Origin: Fimicolochytrium jonesii
Lineage: Eukaryota
Reading direction: 5' to 3'
Assembly: GCF_025526975.1 (NCBI RefSeq)
Contig: NW_026515673.1
Span: forward strand, 124,001-188,000
DNA length: 64,000 nt
The notes below the pieces were generated by a model. That model saw only the letters and a program-made list of their open reading frames with translations. It had not been told where the DNA came from and made no database searches. This document shows positions 12,321 through 26,300 of this stretch, in pieces. The position numbers were made by a program, and so were the translations under genes. The first letter of the stretch is position 1, and each line of letters starts with the position of its first letter.

Positions 12321-13855
12321 GAGGGGGGCAGGATGGTGTAAGTCATATTCCTAGAGCATGTATGCAGATGAATCCATCCATGCAGTGATGATGTGAAATT
12401 CGGTGTTTATCTAGCTTCCCTTCTCCCTTCAAGCGAAGGGGCTCATTCTCAGATTTGTAGTTCATTTGTATCTCTTCCTGTCTTGTTTTGTTTGTCAACA
12501 AAATGCGATAGCATCATCTGCCGATTCACAAACCCTCTTCTCCATGACGAGCGCCTCTTTTGTAGAAAGAAATCCCGTCTTTCAGAACCTTTCGGGCGAC
12601 TCGGTCACGGTAACCTCAACAGAGCCCCATTTGCCAATGCAAACCTACGTAGCGCTCGTGATGGCAGACATCGCCGTAAGCGGGTTCTCAACGTCACAGG
12701 GGCGTGCTATGGCATCAAAAGAATCTGGACACCGCCTTGTTGTGCGTTGTATTCCCGCATGATGTTGGGTTCGTTCCAGTCACCGTTTCTTTCCCAAAGT
12801 CAGTCAGCAAAAGATCAGTCGTGCGATACACCTGCATAGTTGTACACTGGAGGCAAGTGCCATGCAAATTGCGCTTCGCTCTTTCGGGTTTCACGGCAGA
12901 AAGGTGCCCGGCGTCGATCGATCGCGTCCGATTCCAATGCTTTGAAAGGGGAGTTGCAATGGGACGGTAACTCCACAAACCGAAGCTTACTGCCACCTGA
13001 AATAGACCGATTTGAACACGTTCACGTCCGCCAGGTGTTGTTTCTCCCCCACAAGGTGCCACTTCACTGTGGGGAGATGGGAAGGCTCCGCTGCTTTCGA
13101 CGCGCTGTCGGAATCCCGTCAATGGAAACACGCTGCGACTTCTCGATAACAGCTGCTTATATGTACCATCCAACTGGCATGCTTAGTGAGAGAGGCGGAT
13201 TCGCAAGTCGGTTTGTCTTCTCTTCGGCGCCGCTTAGGTTCTGAGAACAAGCAGACATAAATTTGCGGAAGGAGGTTGGACTCGGCAGGGAGAAGCAAAA
13301 TACGTGCATGATCTGACAGCATTTCCGACGGCGTCCCGATTTTAGAGCGGCCATAGGCCCTCATATAAGGTACCAATCCTGAGCGCTCACTTCGCTCGCT
13401 CTGAAATCAAACCTGAGCTCTTTGGGGTAGTCCTAACTCTTCCGCTTGACTCCGCCGGACCGAAAGTACGTCCGAGAATCGCTCGATCCACGCGGCCCAT
13501 CGGGTCTATAATCGTCTCTCGTAAGCACGAAAGCCCGTAGGCAGGAAAGGGGAACGGACACGTTGGTTCGGACGACGCGTGCACGATCTTCCAAAAGCGA
13601 TGTTCGCCAACCCTCGCAGCCAGCACCAGGCCACTTAGAGTTCCGATCCGTATGCAAGGGTCTTACGTGCATTCGGACTCCTACATGCGATAACAACAAT
13701 TGACAATACGCCGTTGTGTGAGGGGAATGTGCGATTCCAAAACACCGAAGCGTCCCAAAAACCAGAACCTACATAGGCATCTTCCCAAAAAAAAACAACA
13801 AAAAGGCCGTCGGTGTCGCAATAGACTTATTCACATCACACGTCCCAATCCCCAA

Positions 13856-15861
13856 CTAAACGCCCCCACCATCGTCCCCAACACCCGTCCACGACTGCCT
13901 CCTCTCCCAACCCCCCGCCTCCCGGTCCCCAGGCCCCACAGGCATAGCCCACCCGCCATCCCCACCCCGCGGTGACGCCCCACCCTCAACAACCCAATCC
14001 CCCCACGCGCGCAAATCGACGCTGCCGGCTCGGTGGGAGCGGGGGGAGAGGGATCCGAGGGACGCCGCGGGACTTCCGGGGACGTTCTCGGCATCTTCTT
14101 CTTCGTAGTGGTCCGAGGAGGAGCAGGAAGACGGGGATGTAGAAGGTGGCGGGGTGGGTTCCGCGGGAACGGTGTAGAGGATCTTAACGATGGGGTTATG
14201 ATCGGGCACTATTGTTGTTGTGGAGAGTGAGAAGAACGGCGCGGCGGGGTCCGAGGAGAGGAGGTGGATGAGGCGGGCGCGGGTTTTGCAGAGTTGGCGG
14301 ATGCGGAGGGCGTTCCAGAATTGTTCGAGAGGGAATTGGTCGTGCGATGTTTCATCGGGGGTTGGTGAATCTTGGGCAGCGACAAGCCGAGAGTATCGCT
14401 CGTTCCAGACCAGTGTCGATGCGCGGCGCTTGAGCTCGTCGATTATGTCGGCGTCTGTGAAGCCGGTTTCTTGGAAATGGGGGAAGTCGATTTTGGCGAA
14501 GTGCGTGTATGGGTGCTGGTCATTATTCGATGGCGGTACATCCTCCGTGGTGGCGCCAGAATCAATCCCCGGTTCCTGTTTCCCTGGCTGCAAGAGGTGG
14601 GTTGGAACGTGGAGCGCCGCATCTCCAACCCCCTCATTCCGGAGGAAAACCGCCACCTGCGTACAATGCCCAACGCTCCCCACCCCAGCTTCGCTCTTCG
14701 CCGCAATCAACCCCACCCCATTAAACGTAACGCTATACCCATACTTCGCAGCGGCCTTTGTAGCCCATTCCTGAAACTCTGCCCGCGTCCACTCGAATCG
14801 GTGGTCCCAGTGGCGGAATTTGGACTCGGGGGTGCCGTAGCAGAGGTTGGGGAAGTGGATGTTGAATTCGGCGTTGGGGGTTGTTACGACCATTATGCGC
14901 GGACGGTAGGCGCCGAGGGTTGTGGAGGGGAAGGTGGCGAGGATGTCTGCGTCTAGGTGTTCTACACTGAAATCAAGGAGAATCTTCGCTAAGTTCCAAT
15001 TCCGCGTGAGGGATGGTGGCGAAGACGACCACACTCACACTTCAACACTTGCGATGGCATCAAAATTCGATAACCGTTTGTCGAACTCTCCAGCTGAACC
15101 TGTAAAATAAGTCGGGAGGAGATGAGGCGATGAGTGCATCGTCGTTGGATGGAGCGATGTGATGAATGAAGCGAAGCAATGGTTGAACTACATCTTGCTC
15201 GCTCCGGTCGCGACAAGGATGTTGAGATGCGGTGGGCGGAGCGAGCTCGCGGTCGCTCGCGAAAGATCCAACGCTCGCCGGTCCTTGCTAAGACCCATCG
15301 TGAGGGGAGTATCGCGCCTTTTGGCGCAACTGACTCGCTCCGCTCGCTCCTCGCTTTGATCGCCGCAGATCCTCCCCGCTTCGTTCGCCGCATAACCTTC
15401 GCTGTGGCTCGAGCAACCCAAACTCGCTAACGCTCGCCGCTCCCTCCCTTATCCTCATACCTCTGTACAAATCAAACTCCACGGGCAGTTCCCTTAGATA
15501 CGTCCTATCATAATCCGTTGGCGCGCAGTTGTACGTAGCCACCTCCAAAACGTTCTCGTCGACATCCACGCCTGCGAGTCTCGTGAACGCAGGTTCATTC
15601 AATAGTATCTCTAGTAACGAGCCTTCTCCACAACCCATATCCAGTACCTGTGCGTGGATTGACATACTGAGTGTTCTACACATATATGCGCGAATATCAT
15701 AGAACACCTTAACGAATACGAATTCAACAACTTACGGACTGGACATGATGCTTAAGGAGAATCTGGGAGACAAGGGCACGACGTTGAATCCATAGCGGAG
15801 GGTTGAATAGAGGGACGCTGTCGCAGGCGTCCTTGACGGTGTTTGGTTTACCGACCAGCAT
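13856..15861 (-). CDS. HEN1: Small RNA 2'-O-methyltransferase HEN1 (4 exons: 15861-15736, 15647-15461, 15099-15039, 14966-13856)
   Basis: Spliced protein has FNPPLWIQRR (FxPP motif), VLDMGCGEGSLL (SAM-binding), EVVEHL, VVTTPNAEFN, FRHWDHRFEWTRAEFQEWA, all characteristic of the Hen1 MTase domain. Confidence 0.93.
15100..15460 (-). repeat. 361-nt HEN1 intron, copy 1 of a repeated intronic element
   Basis: GT...AG intron; 15196-15239 matches 56238-56281 at 42/44 nt, with similarity continuing to about 15400. Confidence 0.85.
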
Positions 15862-16347
15862 GACTTTGAATATTAGGTGTTTTTGGACAGGTGGAGTTCA
15901 CCGCGAGAGGATGGAGGTCAAGTACGCGGTGCCCGAACAGAGAGGGAGGGAGGAAGGAGAAGGAGGAGACGAAAGAGAAACCCCAATGCGGAGACTGTGT
16001 TCCTTGCATGAGGGGTAATGGAAGCAGCCGTTTGGAGCACTTCAATATGGACCGAGCGAGTCTCCTATTTTGGGGACGCGGGAGGAAAGCAAGACGCGAA
16101 GAAGGTTTGGCTCACGCGGCATCCCAGCAACTCCGACGTTCCGTTGGGATGTCCTCAACACACGCAAGGACATGGACATGCATGTCCCGGCCCTTGATGC
16201 AATGTGCTCATGGTGAAGTGGAACGGAGCGTCTTCGAACTGTCGCACATTCATTCGCCCGCCGCCTGCCATTTGCATATGCATGCAGTCAGGAGTCCAAA
16301 ATGGTACTCGTTAAGCCCACTATGATACAAAAGTCAATTCCCCAAAA

Positions 16348-19300
16348 CTATACACCTCGCCTCGCCTTTGCAGCAAGCATCGCCACAGCAGCTGCAGCCT
16401 CTCTTGAAATGTCGTCCCATTCGTCCTCATCATCAGAGTCCGCGCGCCCCCTACCATTGTTGTACGGATGCCAACTCTGCCGATTCGAGTTCCGTAGCGA
16501 CGGCCGAACCAATGCCGTCGCGGACGTCACGGCCGGCGAATACATCGGGGGTAGCCCCGGATGTGGAGATCTGGCGTATTGCTGGTTGGTGGGTATGGGT
16601 GGCGGTGGAGCAGACGGCGCGGAGGGGGACGCGCTCAGCGGTGCGGATGCGACTAGACTTTGGTGGGGTAGCAGCTTGAACTGGAACTGATGCGTAATTG
16701 CTGGTTCGAGGATGGCTGGTGTTGGCACGGGTGATTCAGATCCCGTTGGGGTTTGCCGTCCTGAGTCTGTGAAGAGCGCAGACAGAGGTCGATTTTGCTG
16801 CCGTTGGGACCTTTGAAAGGAGCTTAATGCCCCTGTGCTTGTGTTCGGCGATCCTATCCGAGGGGAGGAGGAGGCGACGGGGTCCAGGTTCATGTTCATG
16901 GCTCGCGGACCCTGTGGCCCGCCGTTGGGGCGTGGTTGTAATGCAGGGAAATCGCTCACGGTTTTCATGCCTGTGAATTCGTTCATCGGGCGTGGCCCTG
17001 CTAACGCTGTCCGTGCACGCGGCGGCGGCGAGGATACGGCGTTCGGGATTAGATGCGATCCCGAACTATTTGCATCCGGCATGGCGAGGTGCGGAAACAG
17101 AAGACTCCTCCGCAGCACCTCCGTGACCGCCGCTCCCCTGTCCTTTCTTGAACCGGCATCAGAACCAAGCTCAGAGTCCGCTCGATGTACCACACTAGGC
17201 GGCGTCGCCAGCGAGTCTCCGGATGGCCGCTGCTTCATCTTCCTCTCTCCAGACCGATTTCCAAACCTGCCAAACAAATGCCTGCCGAAGTTAACTCTGA
17301 ACCGTGACGTCTTGGGGAGCATATGTGATCTTGATCGATAAGCTTTCCGGCAATCTCGTATGCAGTCGGCGATGACCCAGACAAAGAGCCTGAGAAGTCC
17401 CATGATGATAACAATGGATCCGAATCCGAGCAGCGCTAGATAGGGGAGGATTTGAACTTTGAGACTGGCCCGATACGCATCCAGAAAATCATCGATTTCT
17501 CGTTCAAAATACGCCGCCAGTGGGTCTTTCGTCGAGTTGCTCAATGTCGTGTCGTCCGACCGCCGTTTTAATGTCGCCGTCATGGCAGTCCCCGTGGCCG
17601 TCGCTGAGGTGGACGTTGCAGTACCATTGGCAACCGTCGCATTCGCGGCTGCGGTACTGGTGTTTGCAGCCGCCGAACTCTCCATCAACTCTGCTGCATT
17701 TATTAGTTGTATGCGAATAGCAGCTTGCGAAACACCAACCAAATCGGTGGTATTCACCCTCGGAAAACTAATATGCGCGCTCGCTTTGAACCCAGCCGCC
17801 ATTGCATCCAGCGTCGCCATATTTGATCCCAGCACACACATCACAAACTGGTTCATCGCCGCACTCAGCACCGGCACCTCGCCAAACACATCCCCTAGCG
17901 CCGAATCCAGTCCGTTGACAAACACGCCCAGTGCGTTGTCTATCGCGTCAACCGTCGTGTTCACCCATCCGAACAGCTTATCGTTGGCCAAATCCTCGAC
18001 GGCCTTGATCGCACCGTTCGTGTGGGCGATATACGGCGCTGCGACGTTCAGCATCGCGACGTCAACAGCCATCACCATCGCGTCGATCGTGCTCGCCGCC
18101 CCGCTCGCCACCATCGCCGCCGTCTCGTCCTTAATCGTCTCAATCATGCGCAACTGCAAATAAATCACCGCGCACCCCAGCACCCCCGCCATGAACATCT
18201 GCAAGCTGGGCGCGTGGGAGACATAGTCCAAGAACCAGCGGAGCCGGATACTCGCCTTCTCCGAGCGGACCAGCCTCGTCAACATCCTCGTGAAGCGGTA
18301 CATGGTCGGCCTGGTCGCGGCATGTATGAGGTCGCGCGAAACAGCGCGGAACTGGTGTTTGTTGACTTTCGTCCCCGCTTTCATCGCCAGCTGCTCGTTC
18401 AGATATTGGTGGTTCTGCAACACTTTCGCGAACCGCTTCACTTCCTCGTTGAATTTCCAGTGCTCGTAGGTCGTCACGACAATATTTCCGAGGATAGACG
18501 CGGAGGCAAAGGCTATCACCAGGTATAGCCCGTAGAGCAGCGCCTTATCGATCGCGGCCACGATGGTGTCGACCCAGTCATAGTGGATCGCTCCATCGCA
18601 AAACTCCACCCTCGCATACGCATCCGGCGCGGCTATCAACACCTTTCCCGACGAGAACCCCGTCAACCCGCCCAGTTCCTGCTCGATCAAGTTCTCGAGC
18701 ATCACGAACGGCGTGGAGATCAACGCCTCCAGCTGTTTTTCTAGGTCCGTGAATTTTGGGACCTTGTCGTAGAGCCCTTTCAGCTCGTCCACGAAACTGG
18801 TCGGAATCGTGAAATCCAATTTGCTGATGACTCCCGGGAAACTGACGGGGGCAAACACGTTGGCGTCGACCGTGCCTCCAAAGATCCCCGCGATGGTCTG
18901 CACGGCATCCCCCAGCGCGGACTCAAAGTTCTGGATCTGTTCGTTCAGCATCCCTAAACTGTTCTCCAGCGCCGTTTTGATCCCGGCGAGCTGCACGTTG
19001 AGAAAATCCGTAATCTCGCCCGCGTACTGCGACACCGTTCCGACCGTCAACTTCACCACGATATCCAACAAACAGAACAACAGACTGGTATACTTCTGCA
19101 ACGTCATGATGATCAACGAATTCAACAATTGCACGGCTCCCACCAGCATCGCAGTTGTATGCGACACAATCGCATTGATGCTGTTCACCGTCGCGCGATT
19201 CAAGCCGTCGGCCGCATAATGCGGTATGGACGCCATAGCGGTCGCGCCGATTTCGAGCCCGGCGCAGGCGGAACGCATTTTCTGCTTGGCGCGCTCGCCG

Positions 19301-19678
19301 TTGGTGTGCACGGCGTCGCGCAGGAGGAAGAGGGAGAAGATGATGATGACGGTGATGAAGATGATGTGGGTGACGAAGGTGCGGGTGAGTTTGGCGGGGA
19401 GGCCCGCGTAGGCTTGGTTTAGGACTAGCGGGTTGCGGACGATGTAGTCGCCGTCTTCGGCGGTGGCATCTTTTTGATCTGGAGGTCAGGCATCAGTCGC
19501 GATGTTTGAATGCCTTGGCACCTCTCGTAACCTCCCCCGCAAGCTCTCCCGCCCACATACCAGCCTGACCCTCCCATCCCGCAATCCCAAACGCCGCATT
19601 TCCCGGATCTCTCAGAATATCCAGCTTTCCAGGCACTATTCCAATGAAATTTGTTCTCGCCACGTCTTGGTCCTCCAT
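16348..19678 (-). CDS. PRM1: Plasma membrane fusion protein Prm1 homologue with long low-complexity C-terminal tail (intron approx. 19479-19560)
   Basis: AYAGLPAKLTRTFVTHIIFITVIIIFSLFLL...SACAGLEIGATAMASIPHYAADGLN matches the Prm1 N-terminus; also RWFLDYVSHAPSL, NDKLFGWVNTT, CVLG and HISFPRVN; several TM segments. Confidence 0.85.
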
Positions 19679-20393
19679 CTTTTTGGCAAGAATTTTGATG
19701 CGAAGAGAGGTGTCGCGGAGGGCGACAGTATCAATTTCGCCGGAGTTTTGGACATGATCTCCGCCCCTTCATGAGGAAGAGGGGCGGGGATTTCGGAGCC
19801 GCCGAGGGTCATCATCGTCGTCACTGTCCGCACGATTAGTATAAGCTACTTCCATTCCAGGTTTGCAGCGGTTTCGCACAACGGTAGGAAGCAGAAGCTA
19901 GCAAAGACCTGATTGACAGGACCTGCTCGGTTGTGTTGGTGCGAGTGTTAGGTGTTTTGACGGGACGTGTGGCGCATGACAGGCGCGTTCCATCTCTTTC
20001 AGACGTCCTCTCACCCATTGTGCACGAAAGGCTCCTTCGCAGACTTGGAGTTGCTAGCTAGCAAGGGATGTGAACCAGATTCAAGTACACGGGGTGGAAT
20101 GTATCGGAAGGGTGCTGGATGAGTCCTTTCGTTTCAGTCTCAGACAGAATGCTTTCTGCTTGGTTGGCCCTACGAGTCAGATCATTCGAAGAGCGACGGT
20201 TTCCCGTGCGCGAATTCAGACTGGCTGCAATTGCAGTATGGCTATGATTATATTTTCAATGTGTGGAGATTGCAGCGCTCTTCTATGTGCAAAGACTAGT
20301 TTATGTACAGGGACGGTATCAGAAAGTTCTATATGTACAACTAGAGCTAGGCGCAACGACAACGGGTCGTCGTGGCTCGGAAGGAGTGTGTGC

Positions 20394-23300
20394 TCACATC
20401 CTAGATCGGAAAACAAGATTAAATTAGCGATTTGCAGATGAACATTCTTTCCACCAAAGCGATGCATACCAGGGTTGCCTTTTTGACAGAAAGGATGGGA
20501 AACAACAAGATTAGAACTTTCGCACTCAGTAATATCAATAAACAGCATCGCAGATCCCATACCATCCCGGAAACATGCGGCACAAATTCTTTGGATCCAT
20601 CGCAGTCTGAATCAGCTCATTGATCTGGCACTCGACACTAACTGACGCCGATAACTTCTTGCGCAACACAAACAGCGCCCGTTCCGCCTCCTTATTCTGG
20701 CCGCGGTCTCTTGTATTCGGAGCGGTTGTCCCATTTGGGCCTTCCGATTCAAGAACATCTAATCGATCGTCCTCCTCGCTGCCGGCAAGGCCCTGTCGCC
20801 GTCGCTGCTCTAGTGGGGTGAGCGTCCATGTAACTAATGGGTCGTACCGAAAGACGTCTAGGATGGTGAGGAGCGCCTGGGAGTCTTTGCGAAGGACCTT
20901 CATTGTCTCTTCGCATCCGCGCCGGAAGGCGCCTTCGACGCCGAGAAGGCCCATGCCGTCCACTGATAGCCACAGAGACGGGGAAACGATTTGTTTGATG
21001 AGCATGACGAAAGATTACGAAAGATTAACGAACACAAAGGCATGCGGCACATACCAATGTCGCGTGTGAGTCGGAAAGGGACGAGCTCAGGAACAGTGAG
21101 GACCTTTCCCTGGTCGAACGCGATCCCAAGATCGATGTGGATCACTTCGGCGGTGCCCTTGTCTATGAGGATGTTTTGCGCGTGCCGATCACCGAGACCC
21201 ACGACATATCCCGCTATGGAGCTTGCGGCTACACTTCTTGTGTACGCTAGACGTCGTTCGAACCTGGTTTACAAAGCGCAAATTTAGATGGGTCTGCCCA
21301 CAAGCGCTTTTCGAGTATCCCAATTGGAACCAAGGAGCTCGTACCAATCCAGAGGATCCGAGAAATTTTCAAACAAAAAGTGCCTGAACACCGGTTTGAA
21401 ATTGGCCTCGATCTGACGATACAAGTTCAGCTTCGACGACGTGGATCCCTTTTTATGTTCGTCCATCATGCGACTCCGGCATTCATTAGGTTTCCAGTCG
21501 CCAGGATGGTATCTAACGTCGGGACATATGCGTAAGAACAATACTGGTGGGAACATCATATGAGCCCTGCCAATGGCTTACCCGGAATGAGCGCGCACAA
21601 GGAATTCCCCGATCGGTGCAGTGTTGCTGACCCATTCCACCAAGCCGACTCTCGGAGCCAAAGGCACCACTTTGTACGTGCGGATACCGAGATTCCGCTG
21701 CCGCGTCTCCAGGTCTTTCTTGAAGAGGACGTTCATGATGTTGAAGATATTGGAAAGAACAGCTACAAGCGAGGCAATCCATTAGTATGGGCGCGACTTA
21801 CTGCATGGAGGATGTCCGCTCACCGTCTTGACGAAGATCATCTGTATATCATGCCATTAGTGCGGGATTACAAAGATCGGAGACTCAGGTGTCCAACTCC
21901 TTACCGTTTCCTTTCACCAACTGCACATACTTCTTCCCATCGGTACCCATACAATCCAAAACCTTCGGCATATTCACGCCGCCAGGAATCCAGAACGTTC
22001 CCTTGAACCCCTGGATGGTCGGTAAGTCGTCGTAGCGACAGTCGTGCCTTACAGGGTTGTCCGAAGTCACGATGGGGACATTGATCCCAGATTTGGCTAT
22101 AGCGTAGATATTCAGACGCGCATCCAGTTGCTGCACTTTCGACTCCTTGAGCTGTGCCGCTGTAGGTTTCCTCCAGGCGAGTTCGATGTACGCGTTACAG
22201 AGCCGGTCGACTTGCACCACCAGGTCCCCCAGATGATCTGGACGCCGAAGTCGCTGCAAAACCGCTTCGGCCGCTTTGATGGTGGGAGTTGATTCCTCTT
22301 GACGCCGGGATGAAGATGGGGCGCCTAGCTGACCTCCGTTCTTCAAGGCGATGATGTGGTACAAGCTGTGGTAAGGGTGATCGCGAGTTATTTTGAGCAG
22401 AATGCGCTGCAGGTTATGCTGGAATGCGACTTCGTCGTCGGACGGCGACGTGGTCAAGCGAGCGGATAACTGGTACAGCAGTACCAGGAAGACACTCGAA
22501 GGGACGGCCCTCGATGCGGCCTTGATAATGTGGTTGATTTCCTTATTCTGAATGTTGGCGAACCACAGGGAGATAAGTCGGAAGACACTCATATCGAGGT
22601 TTTCCTTGCCGTGCTCTAGAGCTTGCGCGTAATTCGCGACCGCTTTCTCCAAAAACGTGTCCCTATCCTGACGAAACCGATTGACTTCCGCGCGGTCCAT
22701 CTCAATTTGCAGCAATATCTTATCGCGGATATGGGTGTAGCGTTTCGCATTGCTGGCGTCCTTCCCCACACTCCGTTTCGTAAGGTCTTCGCACGCTTTC
22801 GCCTCTCGCTCCTTGTACCGGATATGCTCTTCCAGCTGATCGGAGGTATCGTTCAGGAGCTGCTCCTGGTATTGGTCATCCGCGAATTTGGCTAGATGGT
22901 AGTGAGCCTTTGCGAGGAGTTTCATGTCGTTTGCAGCCGCAGCAAGGTCAATTGCGGTTGCGAGATGGTGCATGACGCTCACGGGAGGCTCGTATCGCGT
23001 TGCTGCCGTCCAGCGACCGAGCTGGCATACCAACTGCGACTCGACCTTCTTGCTGAGCTGCTGCGTTTCAGTCGCCATCTGCACCTCGATGTAATGCTTC
23101 AGCGACCTGGTAGTCAACGCGCTGTTCCCTTGCTCCCAGAGAATCTTCAAACTCTCTAATTTGGCGAGGGCAAAGATGTCCACCAAGTCAGATGCGTCCG
23201 GCTTCATCTTGTCCTCGTTCAGGATGATCTCCAATTGCGCCATCGCTGTCTGAGCCATTTGTGCGTTCCTGGCCTTTCGAGCAATCTTGCTGACACTGAG

Positions 23301-26300
23301 GAGATGCGAGCAATGCGCTCGGACAAGACCTGGGCGAACCCCCATGATTCCGCCGGCCTTTGCATTCGTCGAGCGGGCGGAGCCGGATCCAACGATCCCA
23401 TTCAATGCCGTCGTTCGACAAGCTAGTATGGGGTCCAGATCCGCCAAGTTCTGCGTCTTACGCAGGTTCTCCAGCCGCGTTTCCCAGATCTCGAACAACT
23501 CCAGAGGCGCAGATGCAGACCCAGCGGAGGCCATTCTCCAGACCTCTTCAGCTTCTACAAAGCTGACAAGCAAGCGCAATGGATGAAAGGGGTTGAAATC
23601 GCTTCGTATCGTGTTGCCGGTGTTTATCTTGAGGTGGTCGTAGAAAGCGGACGAGACGGAGAACTCCACCGCTGGTGCGTCATGATCGTGCACCGCTTTC
23701 ATTATCCCATACAGTCTTTGTTGAATCCCGACATCTGCATATCGTCTGTGTCAGTTGCTACCCGCCACGTAGCAATCACAAGGCTGCTCAACCTACCGCC
23801 CTGGGCATGACCAGCCACATCGCCCCACTGTGCATTCCGCCACATACTCTCATAATGCAGCTCGCGAATATCATGGTCCAGCGGACCCTTATCCCCCGCC
23901 GCCCGCTGCACACCGCCAATATACGTCGCCAAAACATGATGCAGTCCCAAGTTACTCATCGCCTTCATCAGCCCCACCTGAGTGCCCGCTCGGACAGCTG
24001 GTGTGTCGAACGCACCAACCTTCAGCTGGATCTCACGAAGGTTGAGGATCTTGTCCCACGCGCGGTCGTGCTCGTATTTCTGGATAAGCGATGTAGATCC
24101 GTCGCCTAGACTGCGCGACCCGCCGTATGACATGACGCCATCGAATCCGTCGGCGTCGCCTATGGAGCGCGTGATGGAAAAGAGGAGGTCGCAGGCGGTG
24201 AGCTCGCCTCCGGATGATGTTTGTGTCATGTTGAGCTCTTTCGCCCATGGTCGCTTGGACACCTCTTGCGCGATCTCGAGGAAGAGGACCGCCGATGCGT
24301 AGGATTTGCAGTGAACTGCGGCTTTTGCTACATTGACGAAATCAAGATCGAGCCAGGCGTTGTTGTCAAAGGGCGTGACGCTCAGAGGGTGAGGTTGTGT
24401 TCGCAAAAACTATAAGAAAAACTGCGTCAGCTGCTCGCGAATCCGGAACACGAATCCGGAGCACGGAAACACGCAAACCTCACCTCAAGAACCCGCAAAA
24501 TCGCAACAAGAACATCCTCCTCAACACCCTCAGGCGCCTCCACAATCTCGCGAATCCTCTTCGACAACATAGCGCGAAAGGAGACCACGCCACGCTTCCT
24601 AATCGTCTTGCGGGTCACGGTCATCTCATGATGCAATGCAGCATGCAGGATGTACGGCATCATCGTGCTACCGAGTTCCGGAATCATCTCGAATACGGAT
24701 CGCAGATGGGGAAATATGTCGTCTGTTGGGCAGGAGGAGAGGATCGCGTTTGCTAGATTCACAAGTGCTTGTTCTGCGCTCACGGTGCGGGTGGTCGGGT
24801 CGGCATCGCTGCGATGTTGAAGAGCTTCCCAGAGAGCGTTGTCGGTGATCTTGGGGTACGAGGCCCGAGAAGATTCGTCAACGACCTCAGACACTGAATC
24901 ATGGCAGATGTCGAGATACTGCGCGACTTCCGGTCGCAAACTCGCAAACGCAACGCCTCCCGCAGGCGTCGCCAGAATCCGCTTCAAACACCGAATGACC
25001 TGATCCACCTTCTCGAACTCCTCATGAAACAAGTACCGCTGTAGACACGACAGCGCCACACAATGCCCCACATCCGGCTTAACCGCATCATCGCCCGCCG
25101 TCGCCGCGGCGACCAACGCCAGCTCCGATTTCGAATCCACTCTTGCAATCCGCCCCGTCAAAAAACACGCCAGCTTGCCCAAACAGTGTCCAATCTCTAC
25201 AATCAGCGGCCTGTTCCCCGCCGACGTGTCCAGCATAGCCAGCAACCGCCCAACAAGGTGATTAACATCCGCCCCGCCGCTCGCAGCACCCAGCTGCGCC
25301 GCCAACCCGTTCTGATCAAGCGCGGTGCGCAGGTACTTGACGCGGGCCAACTGCGCAAACGGGGTAGAATCGCGCAGATCCATCAACTGCATCACGACGC
25401 TTGGGTCCGCTGTCCTGAAATCGACCGCGAAACGGTGGGCCAAGCGGCGCGCGATGGGCATGTCGGCGTCGAGTTGGAGGATGGCGAGCTGCACGGTGCG
25501 CTGGTCGATTGAGCGGGCGATCACGCATACTCGTTCCAGCACGCGTTCCATGGCCTCGGCGCATTGCGCGTGGCCTGCCGTAATGTAGTCAAGGACGAGC
25601 TGTGCCAACGCCGGCGCCGTCGAGGTGATAGTGGAAGCAACGAGCCGCGTGGCATGCCGCTGGGCCACAAGGTGCATGTAGCAGAACATTCCGCCCGCAT
25701 CCGCACACATCTCTTTTGCCTTCATCGCCTTCAACAGCATCTGCAACACGCTCTTGAACAAGAACGGGTGCATCATTTCGGGGGCGGCCAGTGCAATTAG
25801 CAATCGGTACCCGTTCGTTATGAAGGCGTGCTTGTCGCTGGTGAATCTCCTCCGGTCAATGTAGCAATGTGCGCGCTGCAGGATGATCTGAAGCGCGGAC
25901 GTGTCGAACGGACACGCGGTCCCGTCATCGGGCGTCGTCGGGTACAGCCGCGCAATGACCTTAAGCACAGTCCGCGTGCTCACCAACTGCGACCAACACG
26001 ACGTCGCAGATCCCTCACCAGTAACGGGCCCACTGAGCGATTTCATCCGCTCAATGTTCCCTGCAATCATCTCCGGGACACCGGCCATCTGCGCGGGGCC
26101 GGTCGGTTCAAACATGTGGATTAGCACCTCGGAGATGATCTCTGCCCGCCGCGCCTGCATGTCTGCCGTCATTACGCCGACTCCGATGGTCGTTTCTAGG
26201 AACCCGATGGACTCGTTGACGACGGTGAACCGCTCCGGGGTGCTGTCGATCATATCCGGGAGCAGTCGGGCCTGAGAAAGAGAGTGTCACTCAATCACGT

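Noticed and set aside
23690..23790. Apparent stop/frameshift breaks between ATM ORFs (also near 26270-26340)
   Set aside because: Resolved by canonical GT-AG introns that restore the frame, so ATM is not a pseudogene.
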